33,404 bases of DNA from NCBI RefSeq assembly GCF_004010195.1, contig NW_025214432.1:1-33404 (forward strand), given 5' to 3'. This stretch comes from Chiloscyllium plagiosum (lineage: Eukaryota). The notes below the pieces were generated by a model. That model saw only the letters and a list, made by a program, of their open reading frames with translations. It was not told the DNA's origin and did not search any database. The position numbers and the translations under genes are program-made. This document shows positions 1 to 10,114 of the stretch, piece after piece. Each line of letters begins with the position of its first letter. The stretch's first letter is position 1.

Positions 1-16
1 TCATTTTTTTGTTAAG

Positions 17-303
17 CAATCCCCAACCTCGGGGGTTGTCACACCACATTAAAGCTGTAATTCAATCCTCAATCTCTGGGGGAATCCACCCTATATTAAA
101 GCTGTAATTCAATCCCCAACCTCAGGGGGGAGCAACCCTACATTAAAACTGTAATTCAATCCCCAACCTCAGGGGGGAGTCACCCTCCATTAAAGCTGTA
201 ATTCAATCCCAACCTCAGGGGGGAGCCACCGTGCATTAAAGCTGTAATTCAATCCCGAAACTCAGGGAGCAGCCAGCTGAGATTAAAGCTGGAATTCAAT
301 CCT
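17..303 (+). repeat. ~47-bp minisatellite, about 6 units (ACATTAAAGCTGTAATTCAATCCCCAACCTCAGGGGGGAGTCACCCT)
   Basis: Units start near 46, 93, 140, 187, 233, 281; head-to-tail with no unique spacers. Confidence 0.95.
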
Positions 304-618
304 TACTAGAACAGAGCATTGTCAGCAGTTTTTTTTTTTGGGAAGCCAGTAAAAATATCAGATGTTACTTCAACATTGAATTATTCATTATACTTTGAGA
401 AACCAGCCTTCCCATTGTTTGGGAAGATGGTACTCCATTGCCAAATGTATAGGTTGTTTCCAAATGCTTTTCTGTCCATGACAACATGATTTTTTTACTA
501 TAGGGTTTCAGATAAAATGTAAAATAAAATATTTTTTCTTTTTGTCCATTTGGGGACCAGAATTATACCAAGAATTCTCTTCAACAGGCTTTCAATGATA
601 TACCAGCTCTCTGCCACA

Positions 619-873
619 GGCAGCACGGTGGCTCAGTGGATAACACTGCTGTCTCATACCATCATGACATGGGTTCAATTCCAGCCTCAGGTGACTGTCT
701 GTGTGAAGTTTGTATATTCTCCGCGTGTCTGTGTGGATTTCCTCCATGTGCTCTGGTTTCCACCCACAGTCCAAAGATGTGCATGTTCGTGAATGGGTCT
801 AGGTGGATTACTCTTTGGAGGGTTGGTGTGGACTTGTTGGGCCGAACGCCCTGTTTCCACACTGTGGGGATTC
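619..873 (+). mobile_element. HE1-type (V-SINE) tRNA-derived SINE, internally deleted
   Basis: A-box GTGGCTCAGTGG, B-box GGGTTCAATTCC, V-domain-like TTTCCTCC..TGCTCTGGTTTCC.CCCACAGTCCAAAGA, CR1-type tail GTGGACTTGTTGGGCCGAA..CCTGTTTCCACACTGT. Confidence 0.85.
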
Positions 874-1234
874 TGGGATACTGGAGTCCCATCAGAGAAT
901 GTTCCACGACACGAACTGGGGAAGGTATTCCAAACAACAAGGACTGTAGGGGAACATGTGACATTGTTAACAGTACGTCTACCAATCCTGGTTCAGGCCA
1001 GTCTCCAATGCTGTCTGTGCTTCAGACACTTCAATCAGCCTGTGTATTAAAACAAAACCTTTACCCGAAGGTATTGTCAGTGATGCAGACAAAGGGAAAC
1101 TGAATTTAATTTGCATTTCAACTCGATTTTATTCACAAAGTTAACACTATTCTGTGAATAATTTCCAAATTCCTACAATATTTACTCTCTGCATAGCTCT
1201 ATCCATCTGTGAAAGGATATTAGCTGCAATGATC

Positions 1235-1560
1235 CACATGTTTGAGCTGGGCCGTTGGAATCTCCTTCCTCTCTGACCATGGGCTGGTTCTCTTCCACGA
1301 AGGTGGGTATCCCTGTCAGGGCAGATCTTCTCCTGGGCCTTATTGGGTTGCTTCATGGTCTTCTCCCAGGAGTCTTGATGTCAGCCTTCACTGAGGGTGT
1401 ACCTTCCAGGTGGGTATTTTTATTCTCCTCATCCTGGACCTTCCACAATGTTTCGTGGTCCTTGGCCAATGAGGCCATGAATGAGGTTCCAAGTTTCCAA
1501 TAGAGTCTCGCCAACATCCTTCACTGTTGCCGCGCTGGGGCTGGTGTAAATTGCACATCC
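1235..1560 (-). mobile_element. Possible very old RTE-clade LINE ORF C-terminal fragment
   Basis: Frame-hopping minus translation gives LYWKL..., DSWEK..., RRSALTGIPTFVEEN, reminiscent of the RTE LYGEL / DSWE..A..R..WR.....G...FE C-terminus. Weak. Confidence 0.3.
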
Positions 1561-2845
1561 TCGGGCACAAAGAGGATGTCAAGTTGTCAGAAAGTCTGGT
1601 CTAATATTTTCCAACACGCAATCTTCAGTCCTGTTATAACTGGTTCCACTAAAATCTATGTGGGTTTTTTGACCTTGGTTTCCACTGTTCTCTGTCACCA
1701 ATACCTACTGGCTGGTGCTAGGTTTGGCTAATTTTCTGTTGAGCTTGATTTCTCTCATTGTAGGTCAATTGTATATGTTCAATATTGGACCCGGTGATAA
1801 CTTTTGACTTCAATAGATGGGATCAACACAGATCTCCAGAAAGTTGAAATGATTCACATGGTGCCCTCTCTTCTTTGCTAATTTCTCAAGTCAGGCTGTA
1901 ATCAGCGTAATTTTATTCCAGCTTTAACTAAGTTGGTAGGATCACTGAAAGAATGTTTAAAAGGTTACAGTTTTCAGCCAGAATGGATGGAATGCTACAC
2001 TGAAGCAGGAACAATGTACAAAGTAGGAGTCAGCTGGATTATGTCCATCATGTCGAAATTATTCTGTCTGCAAGACAGAGACAAGTCTAAACACTGTCGT
2101 TTATCAGGGACAAGCCGGAACAGTGTAGCCAATTGTGCAGTCGTTGTACATCCAACAAGGAGAAGTGAGCACCTGTCTGTCCATGAAGGGCACCTGCTTT
2201 TGGGGGATACGTCATTTTGCACACACTGCAGGTTTGCAGCAAGTAATCCTGTCCTCACCACACATGCTACTGACTCGATTAAAGACTCACTGCTTTCACC
2301 CCAGTGGCTCAGCAAATGCAGCTCAAAACGATTGTGCCCAGACATTGATGTCACACTGAAAGCAACAGTTTATTGGTTTGTTCGAGGACCCTCATAAACA
2401 TCTTGTTCCTATTGTTAACTTTCATTCATATCTTGTGGCAGAGACATCTCAGGATGTAACAGCTGAGTGTATGAGTGTATTTTTCCCCCACTTGTAGGGA
2501 GTGCGGTATAACTGACAAGCTGTATTATTAACAGGAAGAGTTATGAAAAGACTCTATAGCAGGCAATATTCCCAGTATTCAGCTCTTTGGCACTGTCAGG
2601 GAGACATCCACTGAATCAGTAAATATCTGGCCTGCTGCTGCCTGTGCTGCAAATGCAGGTTCAGCCTTGCTCCTGAAGCAGAAATCATCAGAGTTGACTC
2701 CTGAAGGTGAAACCTTAAACCGTGGCCGAAGACAAAACATGCTCCAGACAGCAGTGAATATTAGGACCAGACCCGACCAGATGGGAAAGGTACAGGCCCA
2801 CAAAAGAGGGCAATCACAGAGTGAGTGTAAAACAGAACCTGATGA

Positions 2846-3158
2846 GGGGAGTTGCTGCCCGAGTGGTATTATCACTGGGCTTTTAATCCAGAAACCCAGG
2901 CAATGGGCTGGTATTTGAGTTCAATAAAATTCTGCAATTAAGAATCTAATGATGACCATGAAACATCGTCAATTGTCGGAAAACCCCGCCTGGTTCACTC
3001 ATGTCTTTTAAGGAAGGAAATTGCCATCCTTACCTGGTCTGTCCTACATGTGACTCCAGACACACAGCAACATGGGTGACTCTTAACTGCCCTCTGGCCA
3101 TTTTGGGAAGGGCAATAAATGCTGCTTGGGCAGCGATGCCCTCATCCTGGGAATGAAT
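2846..3158 (+). mobile_element. SacSINE1/DeuSINE-like shark SINE
   Basis: Degenerate tRNA head (GAGTGGTATTATCACTGG), core CTGGTTCACT.ATGTC.TTTAAGGAAGGAAA..GCCATCCTTACCTGGTCTG.CCTACATGTGACTCCAGA, tail GGGCAATAAATGCTG...CAGCGATGCCCTCATCC..GAATGAAT. Confidence 0.75.
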
Positions 3159-3627
3159 ATGAGGCAGTTAAAGGGACTGGTACATCAGGAGCATGGGAAA
3201 CAGGGTGGACTGACTTCCCGTGCTCTCCTCTATTAACACGAAATATCTGCGATCCCATAGACCGAAAATGCTCTAAAAGCAGCATTCACCATCCGTCATT
3301 CCCACTCAGTGACAATAACAATATAATCCTCTTCCACAGCGAGATGTTCAGGTCTCACACATGGCGATTTCTAAGGCTCACGATTTAAATGTCCAATTGA
3401 TGCACAAATTAACAACTGAAGATGGCAACAGAATAGCAGGGCTATTCTCTTCCTTCCTTCTGTATGCCCGATGATGTAACATCTAAGTTGTGGCACTCAA
3501 GCACGCCCTCCCAGTAGTTTGGGGCCAGCGGTAGCAGCAATGGTGGCAAAGCTTCTCCAGCAATCAGAGGCAGCGGCTGTGGGATTTTCAGGATGGCAGT
3601 GTACGCAAGTCGCCATCTTGGAGGAGA

Positions 3628-4164
3628 GTGTCGCATTCCAGTCGCATTTCGATTGGTCACACTACTCGATGTTCAGCAAAACACACTTAATCTTTACAGG
3701 AAAACTAAAATATAGACAAAATAACAAGGAAAGATTTGGTTTAATTGTAACGCTATCTAAAGGCTTAACAATACATATATTAACTACAATAATTAACTCT
3801 TCCAATATCATAATTTCCCATAAACACAACCTGATCAAAAGCAAATTCAGTAAACCAATTATCTTCCATGACAATCTCCAACCCAGGAGATAAAACACCA
3901 AGAGAAAACTCAGAGAGAGAGGAGCACGGAGAGATGTACTGCAGCTTCCAAACCCAGCTTCAAGACCCCAGCGACTGCGACTGAAAAGTAAAACTAAACA
4001 TCTCGGTTCTGTCGGAGCCTGACCCCAACCATTCAGGCTGTTTCTGTTGGTCTAAATTAAAGAAAACCCACGGCCTCACAAGCTGCTCAAAACGTCCCAC
4101 TCCAATTTTCTTCAAATAAAAACCCAGAACAATATACAGCTCTCCGAGCCATAGTATCATTACA
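3628..4164 (-). mobile_element. Truncated Gypsy-type LTR fragment
   Basis: Minus strand begins TGTAATGATAC, is T-rich and runs into ATTAAGTGTGTTTTGC..GAGTAGTGTGACCAATCGAA, which resembles shark LTR 3' portions from memory. No terminal CA. Confidence 0.5.
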
Positions 4165-4279
4165 CCATCCAGGACCGAGCTCCCACCCAGTTTGAGGAAC
4201 TTACCATGACCTCACTGGGGCCGCAGCAGATCACCTCCCTTTCTGTCTTTGAGTAGGGCTCAGCCACTCACATTGCCAA

Positions 4280-5335
4280 GGGAGCAAAGAAAGAAGTGGT
4301 GTTGGGTCTCTTGAAGAGTATTAAGGTGGTTAGGTCCCCAGGTCCAAATGTTAACTACCACAGTTTATTGAAAGAGTCAAGAGAGGAGATTACTGGGGCC
4401 TTGACCAATACCTTTGTATACTGACTCACCACTGGAGAGGTCCAAGACGACTGCGAATATAAGGGAAATTGGGATTATCGAAGAAATTATAGACCAATGA
4501 ATCTCACATTGGTGGTTGGGAAGCTATTGGAAAGAATTCATATGGGTAGGATTTATGCCATTTGGGAAAGAATGGCCTAATTAGGGACAGTCTGCATGAC
4601 TTTGTGCAGGGCAGGTCATGTCTTACATACTTAGTTAATTTATTAGAGAATGGACAAGGTGATCGATGAGGGTAGAGCAGTGGATGTTGTCGACATGGAA
4701 AGGCTTTCAACAAGGTCCCTCATGGTAGGCACATACAGAAAGTTAAGATTCATGGGATTCCTGGTAACTTAGCCACGTGGATTCAGAATCAGTTTGCTCA
4801 TTGAAGGCAGAGGGTAGTGGGGGAAAGGTGGTTTTCAGGATGGAGATCCGTGACTAGTGGTGTTCCACAGGATTCCGTACTGGGACCTCTGCTGTTCCTG
4901 ATAAATACAGGTAACTTGGATGAAAATTGGTTGGGTTGGTTAGAAAATTTACAAACAACGAAGATCAGTGGAGCTGTGGATAGTGTGGAAGGTTTTCACA
5001 GGATACAAGATGATATAAATCAGTTGCAGATGTGGGTGGAGAAATGGTTGAGAAATGGCACATGGAGTTTAATCCAGGTAACCCGGGTAAGTGCGAGGTA
5101 CTGCACTTTCGGAGATCAAATGGTAAAGTAAAGTATCCAGTTAATGGCAGGAACCTGAACTCCATTAATGGACAGAGGGATCTTGGGAGTCATGTCTGAA
5201 GTTCCCTCAAAGTGGCCACACACGCAGATAAGATGGTGCAGAAGGTATAAGGTGTGCTTGCCTGTATTGCTCGGAGAATTGAATACAAGAGTGAGGATGC
5301 CATGTTGCAGCTTTATAACACTTTGATTACACATA
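4280..5335 (+). mobile_element. Degenerate CR1 LINE ORF2 (RT region)
   Basis: Frameshifted motifs SPGP, NYRP, KAFNKVPHGR, WRSVTSGVPQDSVLGPLLFLI. Confidence 0.9.
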
Positions 5336-6672
5336 AAAATGGAAAAATCCCCAGGATCTGATTAGGCACACCCTCGGACGCTGTGCAGAGGCAAGGAAGT
5401 GATTGCTTGGCCTCTTCCTGAGATATATGTATCATCGATAGTCACAGGTAAGGTGCCGGAAGACTGGAGTTTGGCTAACATGGTGTCACTATTTAAGGAA
5501 GGTGGTAATGACAAGCCAGGGAACTGTAGACCGGGAGGCTGACGTCAGTGATGATGGGCATTTTGTTGGAGGGCATCCTGAGGGACAGGACACACATGTA
5601 TTTGGAAAGGAAAGGGCTGATTAAGTACAGTAAACATAGCTTTATGCGTGGGAAATTATGTCTCTTAATTGAGTTTTTTGAAGAAGTAACGAAGTGAATT
5701 GATGAGGGCAGAGCAGTAGACATGATCTATGTGGACTTCAGAAAGGTGTTCGACAAGGCTCCACACAGCATGGTTCAATCTCATGGAATACAGGGAGAAG
5801 TAGCCATTTGGATACAGAACTGGCTCAAAGGTAGAAGACAGAGGGTGGTGATGGAGGGTTGTTTTTCAGACTGGAGACCTGTCCCCAGTGAAGTTACACA
5901 AGGATCGGTGCTGGGTCCACTACTTTTCATCATTTATATAAATGATTTGGATATGAGCATTAGAGGTACGGTTAGTAAGTTTGCAGATGACACCAAAATT
6001 GGAGGTGTAACGGACAGTGACGAAGGTTACCTCAGATTACAACAGGATCTTGATCAGATGGGCCAATCAGCTGAGGAGTGGCAGATAGAGTTTAATTTAG
6101 ATAAATGTGAGGTGCTGCATTTTGGGAAAGCAAATCTTAGCGGGAAGTATACACTTCATGGTAAGATCCCATGGAGTGTTACTGAACAAAGAGACCTTGG
6201 AGCACAGGTTTATAGCTCCTTGAAAGTAGAGTCACAGGTCAATAGGTTGGTGAAGAATTTGTTCAGTATGCTTTCTGGGATTGGTCATAGTATTGAGTAC
6301 AGGAGTTGGGAGATCATGTTGGGGCTGTACAGGACATTGGCCAGGCTACTTTTGGAATGTTATGTGCAATTCTGGTTTCCTTCCTATTGGAAGGATGTTG
6401 TGAAACCTGAAAGGGTTCAGAAAAGATTTACAAGGATGTTGCCAGGGTTGGAAGATTTCACCCCTCGGGAGAGGTTGAACAGGCTGTGGCTGTTATCCCT
6501 GGAGTGTCAGAGAAGGAAGCATGACCTTACAGGGGCTTATAAAATCATGGGGAACATGGATCGGGTAAATAGACAAGGTCTTTACCCTGGGATGGGGGAG
6601 CTCAGAACTCGAGGGAATTGGTTTAGAGTGAGAGGGGAACGATATAAAAGAGACCTGAGGGCAACTTTTTCT
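5336..6672 (+). mobile_element. CR1 LINE ORF2 fragment, 5'- and 3'-truncated
   Basis: KSPG.D and ANMVSLFKEG upstream, then the RT ORF at 5722-6684. Confidence 0.92.
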
Positions 6673-6684
6673 GCCTTGCAATAG
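5722..6684 (+). pseudogene. CR1 reverse transcriptase remnant ORF (320 aa)
   Basis: IYVDFRKVFDKAPH, QGSVLGPLLFIIYINDLD, SKFADDTKIGG, FNLDKCEVLHFG, ERVQKRFTRMLPGL. Lacks the endonuclease and has a small deletion after DKAPH. Confidence 0.9.
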
Positions 6685-6756
6685 ATTATCTATCCTTATT
6701 AATTCATCACCACTCGATTTTACTGAAGGGAACTGGCAAATTTGTAAACAGGTTTC

Positions 6757-6970
6757 ATAGGAGCATGTGAAGCCATTCAGCCCCTCAAGCCTGTTCAGCC
6801 TCCTGATAGGATGGTCGTTGATCTGTGGTCTCTCTCCATTTGCCAAACTTGAATCCTACCTCTTGATAGCCCTTGGCTTAATTAAATAAAAACCTATCTC
6901 AGATTTAAATTTAACAACTGAATTGGGAAAGACCGCTGTTTGAGGAAGAGAATCCCAAACCCTATGACAC
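6757..6970 (-). mobile_element. CR1 3'-end fragment
   Basis: Plus-strand text GCCATTCAGCCCCTCAAGCCTGTTC...TCTCAGATTTAAAT...GGAAGAGAATCCCAAAC is a reverse-complemented CR1 3' region; same family as 10770-11050. Confidence 0.7.
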
Positions 6971-7369
6971 TTCACCTGTCCAAGTTCCCTTCCTTTGCTC
7001 ATTCAACGGCGATCCTCCTGGTCTGGAGCGGCTCCGGCCTGATATAAAACAGTGCCATCCTCATCGTCGCGGTGATCAGCCATCCCTCTCCCTTCACCAG
7101 CTGCTCACCATCTCACAGTATCCTCCAGTTTTAAACACACACCCTCTGGATGGGTATTTCTCATTATTACTCACACAGACAGAGAGTGGGAGGTGATGAT
7201 TAAATTGTGTGTCCGCACATCACTTCCAAAGCACACCCTTCCACAGGAATACTCCCCAAACTCGGAATATTGACTCTGCTTTCTCTCTCTCTCTCTCTGG
7301 ACAGATGCTGCCAGGCCTGAAACACAAGAAAGATCCTCGCGGGGTGAGTCCTAGTTGAGGGTTTTTTAA

Positions 7370-8607
7370 GTTTCTGTTGGCAGATGGATGAAACTTTGGG
7401 AAAGTGTGTGAGGTGATGCACTGTGATTAGAAGAATAAAGGCGTAGACGGGTTTCTAAATGGGAAAGGTTTCGGAAATCTGAAACGCAAGGCACTGGGAG
7501 TCTGAGTTCAGGATTCCCTTCAGGTTCACAGGCAGCTTCAGTTGACAGTTAGGAAAGTAAATGTAATGTTAGCATTCATTTCGGGAGGGATAGAATACAA
7601 GAGCAGAGATCCCTTGCTCAAGATCGCTGAGTCTCTGGTGAGGCCATATTTGGAATATTGTCAGCACTTTGGGCCTCAGTATCTAAGGAAGGGTGTGCTG
7701 GACTTGGAGAGTGTACAGAGGAGGGTTTACAGGAAAGGTTCTGAGGATGAAGCTCTTGGTGTATGAGGAGAGGTTGGGGTTTCTCAATCTATACTCGATA
7801 GAGTTTAGAAGAATGAGGGGCAATCTGATTGAAACCTCGAGAATACTGAGAGACCTGAACAGATTGAAGATGGAGAAGATGTTTCTGAGAGACCTATACA
7901 GAGTGAAGATGGAGAGGATGTTACTGAGAGACCTGTAGAGAGTGAAGATGGAGAAGATGTTACTGAGAGACCTGTACAAAGTGAAAATGAGGAAGATGTT
8001 ACTGAGAGACCTGTACAGAGTGAAGACGAGGAAGATGTAACTGAGAGACCTGTAGAGAATGAAGATGATGTTACTCAGAGACCTATACAGAGTGAAAATG
8101 AGGAAGATCTTACTGAGAGACCTGTACAGAGTGACGATGGAGAAGATGTTACTGAGAGACCTGTACAGAGTGAAGATGAGGAAGATGTAACTGAGAGACC
8201 TGTACAGAGTGACGATGGAGAAGATGTTACTGAGAGACCTGTACAGAGTGAAGATGGAGAAGATGTTACTGAGAGACCTGTACAGAGTGAAAATGAGGAA
8301 GATGTTACTGAGAGACCTGTACAGAGTGAAGATGAGGAAAATGTTACTGAGAGACCTGTACAGAGTGAAGATGAAGAAGATGGTTCCATGAGTCTCAGAA
8401 ACAAGGAGTCGTGGGCACAGCCTCAGAGTGAAGGGACAACCCATTGGAACTGAGATGAGGAGCAATTTCTTCAGCCAGATGGTGGTGATTACGTGGCACA
8501 CATTGCTGCAAAAGGCTGGAGAGCCCAAGGCATTGAGTGTATTTAACACCGAGATGGATAGGTGCCGGATTGGTAAGGGAGTCAAGGTTCACAGGGTGAA
8601 GGCAGGA
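7370..8607 (+). mobile_element. CR1 ORF2 3' fragment containing an expanded 39-bp array
   Basis: VRKVNVMLAFISGGIEYKSRD, LVRPYLEYC, LYSIEFRRMRGNLIET, then array, then TRSRGHSLRVKG and TEMRSNFFSQ. Confidence 0.9.
7846..8385 (+). repeat. 39-bp minisatellite, 14 units (one of 33 bp), derived from CR1 ORF2
   Basis: Unit CTGAGAGACCTGTACAGAGTGAAGATGGAGAAGATGTTA; units counted at 7846, 7885 ... 8041 (33 bp), 8074 ... 8347. Confidence 0.95.
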
Positions 8608-8846
8608 TTTGATTTGATTTGATTCACTATTATCACATACATTTAAGAACAGACAGAAGCTAGAGAGGTCCATTCAGCAATGTAATACCAGCTTGGAAGA
8701 AGCTGTTCTTGAACCTGTTGGTTATGTGTGTTTTAGCTTTTGTATCTACTACCTGATGGAAGAGATTGGAAGATTGTATACTCGGGGGATGGGGGGGGAG
8801 GGGTTTTTGATGATGTTGGTTGCCTTTCCACAGCAACGAGAAATGT
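8608..8846 (-). mobile_element. Rex1/Babar-like LINE 3' fragment
   Basis: GGAAGAAGCTGTTCTTGAACCTGTTGGT...GCTTTTGTATCT..CCTGATGGAAGAG with a (GATTT)n tail at 8606-8623; recognised from memory. Confidence 0.6.
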
Positions 8847-9049
8847 CGGGGTTGAACAATCCCATGCTGCCTCCACAGGATCTACTAAACTTGGGGCCAA
8901 TGGTGGTCATTGGAGCACTTTGCACACTCTTGGTCTTTATATCCCTTTTTCAGACTACAATTGTTTCACTGAGCACATTTCTTACCTCTCCACAAATTGT
9001 TAGCTTACACCTGAAGCTCTGCATCAATGCTCATCTCCATTTATCATGG

Positions 9050-9553
9050 ATAGACAAAATTTGGATCACTGTGCACATTTCTGATATTTATATATAGGTA
9101 AAAACATAATTGAGGCATTGTGCACTCAGTTGTAAAAAGAATGTAGAGGTACCGGAGATGGTGAAATAGACATTTACCAGATTGTCATCAAAAGTTATCG
9201 GTTAGATCCATAGTATTTTGGGGCTTCTTTCTATCGAAGGGAGCAGGCTGTGTGGGATATATTTCCTCACAAATAAAATAGTTGCCAACTTAATAAATGT
9301 GGATACACCAAACCGAAGGGTTTACAATATCAGAGAGTCACTTCCCCAGAGCGTAAGGAGAAAGTGGAGCTCATCAACATAGGAAGTGGTCAAGATGAAT
9401 CATGTTGCTATAAGCAGGGAGCTAGATAAATCTATGAAGCAGAAAGGAATTGAAGTCTCTCGAGATGGAGTGAGATGAAGAGAGGCTGGAGGAGGCAGAG
9501 AAACACCAGCATGGAGCAGGTGGGTAGAATACTCTCCATGTTTGCTGTAGATC
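9050..9553 (+). mobile_element. Highly degenerate CR1 3' fragment
   Basis: TTTGGATCACTGTGCACATTTCTG (LEYCxQFW-like) and tail AAACACCAGCATGGA.CAG.TGGG..GAAT...TGCTGTA. Confidence 0.6.
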
Positions 9554-9615
9554 CTTTCGTGAATTTTGACATGAACATAAAGTTGCAGCTTTGAGTGTGT
9601 ATGTTGGTGACCTCC

Positions 9616-9879
9616 CTGTAATTACGGAGCTGTTGCAGAGCTCTGACTGGCTGCAGGCATCGGATGTTTCCATTGAGAATGTTCCAACATTGAAGGACAG
9701 ATTGCCAACCCAACTCCCACACCCACAAACACCAAATTTTGTACTCGACAGATGAATAAAAACAGAGCGAGACATTTATCTGAGTGAAACCCGGAGAAAG
9801 AAGGAAGGACCATTCAGGCAGGTTTATTTTGTTCTGGCTGCAGTTCGTTCATGGAGGATTGTGCTTCCAATGTTAAAGC
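9616..9879 (-). pseudogene. Decayed Ly6/uPAR (LU) domain exon, PINLYP/PLA2-inhibitor-like
   Basis: With two frameshifts and a stop: ALTLEAQSSM/TNCSQNKI/TCLNGPSFFLRVSLR*MSRSVFIHLSSTKFGVCGCGSWVGNLSFNVGTFSMETSDACSQSELCNSSVITG. Ends in a CCxxDLCN-like motif (CSQSELCN); splice sites are lost. Confidence 0.55.
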
Positions 9880-9885
9880 CTTTTC

Positions 9886-10114
9886 TCCTTCAGCCCCTAC
9901 ATCCCTCCCTGTCTCTGTCACTTCATCCAGCCCCTATACCCCTCCCTATCACTGCACCCTCCTTCAGCCCCTGCACTCCTCCCTATCGCTGTGACAGCCT
10001 CCAGCCCCTACACCCCTCCCTGTCTCTGTCACTTCCCCCAGCTCCTACACCCATTCCTAACTCTGTACCCTCTTCCAGCCCCTACACCCATTCCTATCAC
10101 TGCAACCTCATCCA
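9886..10114 (+). repeat. ~38-bp C-rich minisatellite (L2-type LINE-derived), about 6 units
   Basis: Unit ~CCCTCCCTATCTCTGTAACCTCCTCCAGCCCCTACAC; the paralogous array translates as ILPYLCNLLQP (ORF 25255), an L2 ORF2 C-terminal-like motif. Confidence 0.85.

Larger units (their letters stand above)
17..10114 (+). repeat. Segmental duplication, copy 1 (paralog at ~15626-25503)
   Basis: Colinear match throughout, e.g. 870-1100 vs 16735-16965, 4600-5330 vs 20320-21050, 9420-9890 vs 24920-25390. Paired ORFs in the track (4817/20534, 5722/21439, 9422/24921). Confidence 0.95.

Noticed and set aside
619..690. tRNA gene (A/B boxes)
   Set aside because: SINE head continuing into V-domain and LINE tail; no complete cloverleaf.
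636..1103. Cys-rich 155-aa ORF
   Set aside because: The Cys-rich part is translated HE1 SINE, and the N-terminus is not conserved in copy 2.
4195..4275. Minus-strand EVICCGPSEVM followed by a GTAAG donor as a second LU exon end
   Set aside because: Lacks the terminal CN motif, has an upstream stop, and is too short to support.
5722..6684. 320-aa RT ORF as a functional or domesticated gene, or a retron/DGR-like system
   Set aside because: Ordinary CR1 ORF2 fragment with upstream stops and no endonuclease; the paralog is interrupted and has a premature stop.
7040..7050. TATAAAA near a few CpGs as a promoter
   Set aside because: No downstream exon or ORF support; such a motif is expected by chance.
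7683..8585. 300-aa hydrophobic repeat ORF (and 23262-24092) as a membrane protein
   Set aside because: Antisense of CR1 plus the 39-bp array; its length comes from a stop-free repeat unit.
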